Below the pieces are notes generated by a model, which worked only from the letters and a program-made list of their open reading frames with translations, was not told where the DNA came from and ran no database searches. Below, piece by piece: positions 48,660-59,339 of a DNA stretch of 64,000 nt. The DNA lies in contig NW_003314382.1 of assembly GCF_000143415.4 (NCBI RefSeq), positions 1 through 64,000 on the forward strand. Direction: 5' to 3'. Both the position numbers and the translations under genes were made by a program. Origin of the DNA: Selaginella moellendorffii (lineage: Eukaryota; Plantae; Lycopodiophyta). The number at the start of each line of letters is the position of its first letter. The stretch's first letter is position 1.

Positions 48660-50046
48660 TTTTGCTATGGCTGGCCTTGTAGCAGTTGCGAAGGGAATTG
48701 CGGTGGTGGCTGCTGCTGGAAATAAGGGATTGAATATGTCCGTTAAAAACACTAGCTACCAATTTAGGTCGTGAATTTGTGAGTTACCTCTAAGGCAAAT
48801 ACTTTTTCAGACAAGATCACCCAGCAAACTTTTGTTTTGATCCGAGGGAGCGAGCTTAAACAAGAATTCTACTGGAGGGTGGTGACCAGTGGCCCTTGGA
48901 TCCAAACTAGGATACGATGGCATTGATCCTGCCACAAGGTGTGTTCCTTTAGGAGCATTTTTCTTAAGCTGCAATTTGTTATGACAGCGCACTATGTTTG
49001 CATGCATCCTGTCAAAACCAAAAGCAAAATTGTTGGATGTCTCAAAGGGGACCATCCATTCCCAGGCCAAGTGGTGTTACATGCAGTTGGTGTAGGCATG
49101 GTTTATCTTGGTATACGTTCCCAAGCCATAGGTTTTACCCACAATTTATTTATCAGAGGCAGAAATGATGAGGTTTTATGCAACTCTGCACAACTATACA
49201 TGGTATATTTTCTATTTGCCTCTCTCAACTCAATAGCATCGTTAGGTATAAGTTGATGCTTTTTTTGTTTGAACTTTAGTGAAATTACTTATCAGGGGCC
49301 TATGAACATTTTAAAAGCATAGTCCCACCATGGCAAACTACTCATCCCGTGGCCCTAGTATTTCAAACCCTGCCATCATCAAGGTAAAGATTTAATCCAT
49401 GAATTTCTCATGCTCTAGGCATCTTTTTCAGCCTGATGCGGTTGCACCGGGAACATTTATTATAGCTGCAGCACCCGCAAGGAATAGGTTCCGGACAATG
49501 TCTGGAACTCCCTCTTGTCTCTGGGATTATTGCATTGCTAAAAGTTTATCAGTGATGTTCTATAGCTATCAGACCTGCCCCGGTTACAACTGGTAGGATT
49601 GACTATGAAATTCTGCATTGTTGGATCTAATAGCTTAGAATTATACAGGTTTTGTAGCTGGTGGGCTTACGATGGAAAACCATTTGATTATGGAGGTGGA
49701 CATGTTAATCCCAATGTTGCAGCTTGTCTACGATCTAAACGTGTCAGACTACGTTGGACTTGTGTGTGAGCTAGTTTCTGGCCAGAAAGTTGTGCCCAAA
49801 GAATATCGATCGTTCTGCCATGAAGGTTTGGAGATTGTTCAAGCAATCCAGCTCAACTATCCATCAATTGGGAGTCAATTTGACGGTCAAGCCGAGAGAA
49901 TTGAAGTTTGACCACGTTGGTCAAGTAAAGACTTCTTGGATGCTGATCCTGTGAGAAAGAAGATAAGAAGTGAGGCTTTTGGGTCACTGACCTGGAAGGA
50001 CAAAGTGCATGCCGTGCGGAGCAATCTTGTTCTCAAGACAATGTAA
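48660..50046 (+). pseudogene. Subtilase C-terminal part (continuation of 40872-41240)
   Basis: AVAKGIAVVAAAGNKG, YSSRGPS..IIK|PDAVAPG, FRTMSGT, PFDYGGGHVNP, QLNYPSI, FGSLTWKD; frameshifts. Confidence 0.85.
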
Positions 50047-50131
50047 ATGGGATTGGAAATGATTAAGCAAGATTAACTTTAATTCGTAAGCGTTTTTAAC
50101 GTGGCGGCGGCTAGAACCCTAAAAGGCGGCG

Positions 50132-51792
50132 ATGGGGAAATCTTCCAAGGACAAACGGGTGGGTCTCGCGGTCCTGTTCTTGCCCATAAGCATTTTTGCT
50201 GCCGCGCAGGACATCTACTATCGGAAGGCCAAGGAAGAAGGATGGCGCGCTCGCAGCGCCTTCAAGCTGCTCCAGATTGACGAAGAATTTGGAATCCTGC
50301 AAGGTGGGTTTTGTCTATTGGCAATTTTGGGGTCCTTATGGATTTGACAATGTAGGTGTGAAGCGCGTTGTTGATCTGTGCGCGGCTCCTGGAAGCTGGA
50401 GCCAGGTATGGAGTTTTGGATTTTCATGTACAACTGGTAGCGACATTCACAGGTTCTAAGCAGGCAGCTCTACGTTCCTTCAAAGAGTGATAAGTAAGAG
50501 CTTTGCCTTCCTTTTTCTCTCCTTTCTTTGTGAGGAAAAGATTTATCACTGTGTTCTTCTAGGCAGGATGATCGACCTCTTATTGTGGCTATTGATTTGC
50601 AGCCAATGGCCCCTATTGATGGTGTCGTTCAAATTCAAGGAGACATCACTAGTGCACGAACTGCCGAGTTGGTTGGTAGAATCTCAAGTATTATGTAATG
50701 TTTGAAGCTCTTTTTTTCTTTTTTTGTGGTTTTTTGTCCTCGTAGGTTATTCAGCATTTCCATGGTTGCAAAGCCGACTTAGTTGTCTGTGACGGTGCCC
50801 CGGATGGTGAGATCGTCCCAAAACAATTGCTTTTGGTCTAAAATGTTGAACTTACAGTGACGGGACTCCACGACATGGACGAGTTCGTCCAGGCGCAGCT
50901 TATCCTAGCGGTAACAGTTTTCTAGCTTGTAAAGCACAGTGGAGTGACCATGGTTTCGATGCAGGCGCTAACAATTGTAACACACGTTCTTCGGCCAGGC
51001 GCGAAGTTTGTCGCAAAGGTTTTCCGGGGGAAAGATATCAGCCTGTTGTACGCCCAGGTAAAAGCGTTTAAATGGTTTTACGCTTATCGTAAACATCGTT
51101 TGTGCCAGCTGAAAATGTTTTTCACGACTGTGACTTGTACGAAACCAAAGAGCAGCCGAAACTCGAGCATAGGTAAATCCTTGTCATGATTTTCTACTCC
51201 GATCCCTCACGATGCTATCGCTTTACAGAAGCTTTCGTTGTTTGCGAAGACTATCAACCTCCGGAAGGCTTCGAGCCACGGAACTTGTATGATATCTTGG
51301 AGCAAGCTAGCGGAGCATACCCGGAACTCGGTAAGATTCTTTTCCTTTTTTTCCACACTCCAAAGCAGGCTTGCAAGCAAATGATGAGTACTGGATTCCC
51401 CTTCATGACTTGAGTGATGAAACATTCCAGTTTCTGATGCCATGGTATTTTGCGCGTGATGAAATCACGGATTCCCCTTCATGATCTCTATGTGATGATC
51501 AATCCACTGTGCTTTTCTGATGCTTCCAGTTGCTTCGTCTCTACGACAGTGTTCTAGATAATTACGTTTCTCACGGCTTGTTCCTCGTGCAGACTGTTCC
51601 AGCGCTTGGCTCGAAGGACCAAACAAAATCATGGTACCATTCCTGGCGTGTGGAGATTTGAGTGGCTATGACGCCGATCAATCGTATCCTTTGCCCAGCG
51701 AGGATTATCAAAGCTTAGCTCCCGTGCAGCCTCCAATCGCGCCAGCGTACAAGACGGCGTTGGGCCTCGAGAAGAAACTCCAGATGGTTTGA
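50132..51792 (+). CDS. TRM7: tRNA (cytidine32/guanosine34-2'-O)-methyltransferase, FtsJ family (multi-exon)
   Basis: MGKSSKDKR|[86 protein letters not shown]. Confidence 0.95.
51377..51440 (+). ncRNA. Intronic box C/D snoRNA, copy 1
   Basis: Box C ATGATGA 51381, D' ATGA 51405, C' GTGATGA 51414, D CTGA 51434, terminal GCA/TGC stem. D' guide GGATTCCCCTT is complementary to the conserved LSU rRNA sequence AAGGGGAAUCC. Confidence 0.88.
51452..51523 (+). ncRNA. Intronic box C/D snoRNA, copy 2
   Basis: Box C GTGATGA 51456, same D' guide CGGATTCCCCTT with D' ATGA 51481, C' GTGATGA 51492, D CTGA 51517; different D guide TCCACTGTGCTTT. Confidence 0.88.
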
Positions 51793-51881
51793 CAAAGTTA
51801 GAAAGTTTTGTATTATAGTTATGATAGAAGTTTGGGCGCTTGTTTTTAGGGCTCTTGTTTTTTAGGGTTCTTCTGTTGGGA

Positions 51882-53442
51882 ATGAATGAGGAAGGCGCTC
51901 CAGCTGGTCCGGCCATCGATTCAGCGGCATCGACGTGCCATCGCTGCGTGGAAACGATCAAGCTCGAGCACCAGCTCGTCCGGGTGTCTTACGAAGTTCT
52001 CAAGAGGTCTGTACGGCAGGGCATTCGCGCAGTGGAGAAGGAGGTGAATGGCATCACTGGCGCTGTTGCCGAGGCCGGGAAGAAGGAGGTGTCGCGAGAC
52101 GCCGCGATCAAGCAGCTGGATTCGTGCGTGAATCGCTTGAGTGGATTGAAGAGAAAGGTAGTGGCGGTTTGTTAGTCTCCTTTTCGAAGATACGTCTTCC
52201 TTTGGCAGCTCCAGGAAATGCACGATGCGGAAGAACAGAATCTCCAAAGATCTCGAGCGAGGTTGGATCACTTGAGTGACTTTTGCAAGGATCCAAAGTG
52301 GAAGAAAACAAAGCTTGACAGAATTCTCGTGGACTACCTCTTGCGTTCGTCTTACATTAACACCGCGACTAAACTCGTCGAGCATTCGTCCATTCAGGTA
52401 TTGCTCTGGAAATGTTTTTTTTCTCTTCACTATGATCAAAGTAGTGATCCTTCGAATCCAGGATCTTGCAGACGTTGGCCTTTTTGCTGAAGCCCAGCAG
52501 ATTATCGAGGGACTGAAGAGAAAGAGTTGCACGTATGCACTTAACTGGTGCTCGGAGAACAAGGGAAAGCTAAAGAAGACGCTGGTAATCTTTTTGCACG
52601 ATCGATTCGTTCTAATTTTCTCGTCTGAATATCTAGAGTGTATTCGAATTTAAGCTGAGGATTCAGGAGTTCATAGAACTCGTTCGAGCGGAGAAGGCAT
52701 TTGACGCTGTGTTATACGCTCGCAAGTTTCTCTCGCAGCTTGCTTCTGTTGATATGCAACACTTGCAAGAGGCCATGACAACTCTAGTACTGAAGCAAAC
52801 AACAGAGTGTGTCTTTTACAAGGCGAGCTGTTTTATTTATTTATTTATTTTTCTGTTTTGCTTCCTCAAAACACCTTTTCGTGCTTTATATTGCCAGACT
52901 TTATTCGATGACAACCAATGGGAGAAACTAATTCAGCTCTTCAAAGACGAGTTCTGCAAGATGCACGGAATGACTTCTCCGTCCTTGCTACACATTTACA
53001 TCCAGGCCGGTCTTTCAGCTCTCAAAACACCGTAAGCTCTAGTTTCTTGTCGCCTTGCCTGTCCTCATTTCCTTCTCCTATCGTTCTCTAGGCTGTGCTA
53101 CGAAGAAACGTGTTTGAAGGACGATCCTTTCTCGCATGAAGCGATCAGGAAACTCGCGGAGCCACTCCCGTTCATGAAGCACGTACGCTCGAGGCTCATC
53201 TGTTACATCACGAAGGAGCTTATGGACGAGGACAATCCTCCAATGGTTTTACCGAATGGATACGTTTACAGCACAAAGGTTTTGTTTCTCGATCCAGATA
53301 TCTCAATACTTTCTCATTCTTTTTTTTCTTATTCTTCCAGGCATTGCAAACCATGTCCGATCAAAACAATGGTCTCGTGACTTGCCCAAGAACAAACGAA
53401 GTTTTCGCTTTAGCCACCGCGACAAGAGCGTTCGTCTCTTAA
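51882..53442 (+). CDS. MAEA: MAEA/GID9 (CTLH E3 ligase subunit), multi-exon
   Basis: IKLEHQLVRVSYEVLKR, LisH (LDRILVDYLLR), CTLH (ALNWCSENK), QAGLSALKTP, LICYITKELMDEDNPPMVLPNGYVYS. Confidence 0.92.
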
Positions 53443-53587
53443 CAAGGCTAACAAGAAACAAAAAAGAAATGTACATTCAATCGGCGCATTCATTGCCAGT
53501 GTAAATCCACCGTCGATCAACACCCGCCCCACAGTGATAATCCAACGGCCTCTATTCCTTTAGGGTTCTTCATCCTCCTCTCTCGCC

Positions 53588-54745
53588 ATGAAGGTGATTG
53601 TGGTGTCGCGCAGCGGGCGGGAGATCGTCAAGGGTGGCATTGAGCTCCCAAACGAGGTAAGAATCATCTCCGGACCAAGATCTACCGGAGAGGTGGAGGT
53701 TTTCCACTGTTTATGTCCGATTTTCTCGTCCCTCTCACGGCATTTCTTCCCCAGGCGTCAGTGGATGATCTCAAGCGGGCGATCTCCAAGCGCGGTGAGT
53801 ATTTGACCACTCTCTCCCTCTCTCAGACACACTGATTTCCTTCAAACCTTCTTTTCCTAGTTCCAAAGTACTATGCCTCGAGGCAGCGCCTTACTTTACC
53901 TCTAAGGACCGGCCAATCTCGTCCCACGGTACTAGAACACGGCAAAAGCCTCAAGGAATACTTCGAAAGCAGCGATGGTGGAGAGGTGGTTTTCAAGGAT
54001 CTGGGACCCCAAGTCTCGTATCGGACCTTGTTCTTCTTCGAGTACCTCGGCCCACTGGTGATATATCCGCTCTTTTACTTCTTTCCGGGCATATATTCGC
54101 TGCTTTTCTCGCTCCCGGCACGGACCGTGACGCACCCCGTGCAAAAGTATGCGATGTGGTACTGGACACTGCACTACTCCAAGCGAATCCTCGAGACTTT
54201 CTTCGTCCACCGGTTTAGCCACGCCACCTCTCCGCTGGGCAACGTTTACAGGAACTGTGCTTACTACTGGCTCTTCGGTGCCTTCATCGCTTACTTCGTC
54301 AATCATCCGCTCTACACGCCGGTCCCGGACAAGCAGATGTATCTCGGCTTCGGTATCGGGCTCGTCTTCCAGGCCGCGAACTTTGTCACGCATATCATCC
54401 TCCGGGGGCTTCGCCCGGCCGACGGCAAAGGTGGCTACGTTATCCCCTATGGCTTCGTGTTTAACTTCGTCACCTGCGGGAACTACACGACCGAGATCTA
54501 CCAGTGGCTTGGCTTCAACATTGCGACGCAGACGGTGGCTGGCTATAGCTTTCTTTTCGCGGCGACGTTCATCATGACCAACTGGGCCCTTGCCAAGCAC
54601 AGGCGGCTGAAGAAGGTTTTGCATCTTCTGGTAGTGTTGCTCATCTTTTCGTGACTTTTGCGCTTCTCTTTCGCAGCTGTTTGACGGAAAAGAAGGGCGA
54701 GCCAAGTACCCGAGGCGCTGGGTGATTTTACCCCCGTTCCTGTGA
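53588..54745 (+). CDS. CER10: Very-long-chain enoyl-CoA reductase (ECR/TSC13)
   Basis: [71 protein letters not shown]|[22 protein letters not shown]. Confidence 0.95.
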
Positions 54746-56012
54746 GCACCGCGGGGTCAGGTAGACGTTTTGGCTTCCGTTTTTTTCCTTCTCCCCTCTT
54801 TTGCTTTTCATGTTTCAAAGCGCATCTCAAAGTTTTTCTTTTCCAGCTTATCTCAACATCAGCCAAAGTGGCCATCGTTCTTTTGACAACAGAGATGCTC
54901 TGAGAGAGAGGAGGCTATTCTATTCATCCATCATAAGAGCTTGGGCTCTTCTCATGTAAGGTGTGGCTCTGTGAGTTTATCTTTATCTTTTATCTTTCGG
55001 TACTAACTTGAGAGGGAGACATCATCCATTGCATTACTGCTTATCATACCTTGTTCCTGCTTTCACTCATTCCGGAGCATCTACTAGAAACCTTTGTCAG
55101 TCTCCTTCGTGGTCCCCGGCGCGATTCAGAAAAAGATAAAGAGCGCCTAAACATGAAAGTGCATAAACACGAGCGTTCGTTTCCTTCGCTACAGAAGAAA
55201 CCCCGTTTCAGTCGTCCATCATCCTGCTTTCCATTCTTTCGACATCATCAACTTGACAATATCATGGCCGCCCCTCCCCCCACTTTGCCTTTTCCTAATC
55301 CCCAAGCGCTGTGATCTTCCTCTGTGCTCAAACGCATTGAGCTTTCCTTGTTTTTTTTCCGTTTTTTTTTTCTTTTTCGTTTTTTTTTTTCGCTTGCTTG
55401 ATTGCTTGCCCGGGTCCAAAGCGACTGTAGCCAACAACCGCGAAAACTTGTCCACAGCCTCCATCCATCTGTGGCCGAGCACGCGTTGTTTAGTGTCCAA
55501 GTGGGATGGAGTGTGTGTTTTTAATATGGACAGGAGTGGTACGCTCGCCAAAGAGGTCCCCACAGCACAAAGCACTTGGGGATCATCGCCAAAGCTTAGC
55601 ACAGCGAAAGCGAGCGAGCGAGCGGCACAGCGCCAAGTTAAACAAGGCAAAAAATAATGCTGGGTGACGACATGGAGCAAAGACTTAGAAACTCCACACT
55701 CTTACGTACAGGCCGCGACAAAGAAGAGGCCCCCGCGCAAAATACCATTCGTCTGGAAGAAAATCAAAGGGCCAATGGTTTTCCAGGTATTATAGGCGAA
55801 GGGTGTTCCATACACGCGATCGATTCATCCATCCAAATCCCTTCTCTCTTTTCTCGGTTCGCTTGGAAGAAGGATAAAGGGCTTATTGACTTTGATGGCG
55901 TCCGTACGAGGGGGATATTCCGTGTCGCCCGCGTACGGAGGGGCTGGGCGGGCGGTAAAAGGTAAAAGCCTGTGGTGAAAGAGTTAATTTACCCGTCGGA
56001 TTTTTTAATGCC

Positions 56013-56237
56013 TTGTCTTTGGGGTCTCGATTGAGGAGGGGGGCCGCGGCGAGCAGAAGGCGCTGGCTATGGCGGCTTGATTCTCTTCGACGGCGATCGG
56101 GCTCTCCTGCGACAGCGTCTTCATTCGCGCATCCGGTTTGCCGCGGCTTTGATCGTCCCTCTCTGGCAGGGTTGTTCTTCATTCTTGTGATTTCTTCTCC
56201 ATTCTTGCGATTTCCTAGCGATTGCTCTTGCTTCTGA
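56013..56237 (+). promoter_or_regulatory. Candidate non-AUG conserved-peptide uORF in the DUF506 leader
   Basis: Open frame ending 121 nt before the main ATG; contains LGSR..RRR and CRGFDRPSLAG; no in-frame AUG. Confidence 0.5.
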
Positions 56238-56358
56238 TGCATTCTCCCTCCCGGCAGCCGAAATTTCCTCCGGTCGTGTCACTCCCAATTTCCTCCCCCT
56301 CTCCCTGTGCTGCTGGCTCTTGCTGCCCGTCACGATTCCGAGCCAAACCCCATCCAGG

Positions 56359-57881
56359 ATGCCCGGCCTCCTCTTCCAGGGGCCGCGGAGGATCGAGATC
56401 GATCCTCCTACGCTCTCTGATCTGCTCCATTCGCGCTCCATCGACAAGGATTTGAGCCTAGAGCCTCCGCTTTCCCCTCTCACCCCCGGGGGCAAGCACA
56501 AGGCGTGTCGGCCGTCTCTCTCGCAGGCTTCTTGGATCCACAGCTTCAAGGAGCTCGAGAATGGCGATCAATCCAAGACCAATATTTCGTCGTCGCGCTC
56601 GTCCGGGGGAGCCGGGGGCCAATGCGTTGCCGCCAGCAACGGCGAAGGCGATCACGACCTCGCGGCGATGGTTCACGAGTTCATCGAGGACGGTAGCCGC
56701 GACCGCGACGAGGGCGACGGCGATGGCGCCGATGGCGCGCCACCGGGAAGCCTGTGCGACAGCTTGAAGGTTTGTGTTCTCTCGTTTGCCGATAGATGCC
56801 CTCTTCTCTCGCGATTTTCCTCTCCTCACGCTTCCATCAATCCCGCAATGCAGGTGTTGGGATCGAGCAAGTCGGGCGTGGAGGTCGAATTGGTGGCCAA
56901 GGTCTCGGCCGTGCTGCTGGCGATGTCCGAGGAGGGCATGGTTTGCTACGGCGATCCAGGCAGCGATTGCAAAGGCGCTTGCGTTCGTCAGCTGGTGGCC
57001 AAGCACCTCAAGTCGCAAGGCTACGACGCAGCCATTTGCAAATTGCGGTGGCCGATTTCGGGCAACGTGCCAGGAGGTAAGGCAGATCCACCCAGAGATG
57101 TTTGCCTTTCCCTCAGCACTTCCACTGTTCTTGCCATCATCATGGATCTTCACTGCCATCCTAGACAGATTGATCATAGGCACCGTGTCTCTTCGAAGAA
57201 CTTTTCTTATTTCTTCGTGGTGGGGGGCCTCTGATCGTTGGGTGGTTTTGTCCAGGTGACTACGAATACGTTGACGTTGTATTCGACAGCGGGGGCCAGG
57301 CCGAAGATCGCCGCCTGATCCTCGACCTGGATTTCCAGTCCCAGTTTGAGATCGCCCGGCCGACCCCGAGCTACCGCGCAGCGCTCAAGCTCCTCCCGGT
57401 GGTGTTCGTGGGCAGCGTCAAGAAGCTCCACCGGGTGCTGGAGATCATGTCCGAGGCAGCCAAGCAATCGCTGACGCAGAACTCGATGCATCTGCCGCCG
57501 TGGCGGACGATCGAGTACATGTTCGCGAAGTGGCTGTCGTCGCCGCACGAGAGGATCCGCGGCAGCAGCAAGGTGGTTCCGCTCGCCACCCCGGGTCCGA
57601 GCTTCAAGCCCGCGGCGGCGCCGAGCGCAGCCCCTCGCCAGGCATGGAGGTTTTGTTGTACAGAGAATAGCAGCAGCAAAGGTAGCAGCAAAGGTGGGTG
57701 CTGTGATCAACTTAGGCGGATCAAGGAGGGCCTCCGAGCAGCAGCAGCAGCAGCAGCGGCAGTGGAAGTCGACGAGGCTCTTCCACCGCGTCGAAGATCA
57801 TCCAACCATCGAGATCGTGAGGTTCGTGTACATGGTTACCGGCGTAGCGCTAGCACAGCACCGGGGTTTCACAATTGGTAG
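56359..57881 (+). CDS. DUF506 (PDDEXK-like) plant protein; exons approx 56359-56769, 56854-57076, 57256-57881
   Basis: LAAMVHEFIE, L...GYDAAICK..W, GDYEYVDV, DLDFQSQFEIARPT, HLPPWR..YMFAKWLS. Confidence 0.92.
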
Positions 57882-59339
57882 CAAGGAGCGAAGAAGGGGG
57901 GAATTGGAGCTCAACTTAACACCCCCCGATCAGAGATTGTTCCGTCCCGGCCCAAGAACAAAGAGGAGAAGATCTCATCTCCCTCCCGGAAGTTTAGCGT
58001 TCCTCGTTTTTCATCCATACTTTTAGCCTATAGCTATAGGGAGACTGCAAACGGAGGCTCTGGTTACCTTACGTAGCTAGCTACCAGTTTTGTTTTACGC
58101 TCATACCAGATCAACAAATTTGTGGTTTGTTTGGTAAGCGTTAGCGTTTAGAGATCATGTTGCCTCTAATGGGCATCTTGTTTTCTTCTTATTTTCACTG
58201 CGTCGGTTGTTTGGTCGGTTCTTTGCAGAGTCAGTCGTTTTCTAGGTGCCGCTTGGTGGCATTTGGATGGAGCGAGCGAACAAATCCCAACCCCCCATCC
58301 CGTTTCTCGTGAATCCAATTCATCGCAAGCAATCTTGTTTGTTTCGGGTCGTGACCACCCAGATCCTCGCCCCACTGCTGCTTGATCTTGTCCTCTCGTT
58401 CCGTGAGCGTGTTTTACGTTTCTGGATTCCAGGCCTCTCTCGGGGTCGCGGTCGCCGATTGCGAGAGAGAGAGAGAAGCAGAGCGAGATGGTCGTCATTG
58501 TATCTGATTTTCTGCGATGCCAATCCTAGAGCTAGAGTAAAGATATGCTCTTTTTTTTCCTTCTCGCCTCTAGGATGCATAGATTTTTCCTGATTGAATC
58601 TTTTTTTTAAATTTTTTCTGGAATTTGAGATAAAGAGATAAACAGAATAATAATATTAAATAGAAATAATAAAATTGCATTGTTTTATTTTCAATCTCTT
58701 CTTTCTCTTGCGATCGTGACAGTAAAGTCCTGGGCAGTCCTTTCAGCAGCAGCTGAATTGAATTGAGACCTGGTACGATTTGGAAGATGCTCCTGTGGTT
58801 GGCCAGACCAGCCTTTTTTTTCTTAGGGCAAGCCACGGGCACGCGAATTTTACCGGCAGTCTGCTCCAAAGTTACATTGGTTGGTTGGTTCAGATATCGC
58901 AGTCCAAATGCTGCAACGCTTTTTTCGAATGCAATAATCATACTGTATAGCATACTGATTCCATATGTGAAAATACATTTTCTTTGTTTTTCTTCTCTTT
59001 TTCTTTTTCAGTTCATATGTCACCTAGCCAGCCGACGCTTGTCAAACAAAAACAGGGATACATATTATGTAATGCCCCGCGTTAATAAACGCGGGTGACG
59101 AATCTCTTTGGCGGGATCGACACAGCAAAGACAAGCTAATTTTTTTACTTAGGGTCTACCGTTTAGCATTGTCGAGTAAGTAATCGACACTCTTAACCAT
59201 ACGCGCGTATGCTAAGAATGTCGCTGCGCATGGAGATGACAATCCATAGTTTACAAATTGACGCCACGCACAAGCAAACAAGTCCCACGTGTACATCAGA
59301 TTCCCAAGCAAGTCAATGCATTTGCCCGCTTGAGAGCAT

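Noticed and set aside
59076-59095. Small GC hairpin cccgcgtt-aata-aacgcggg
   Set aside because: Lacks the downstream CTRR expected for a Helitron 3' end; too short to interpret.
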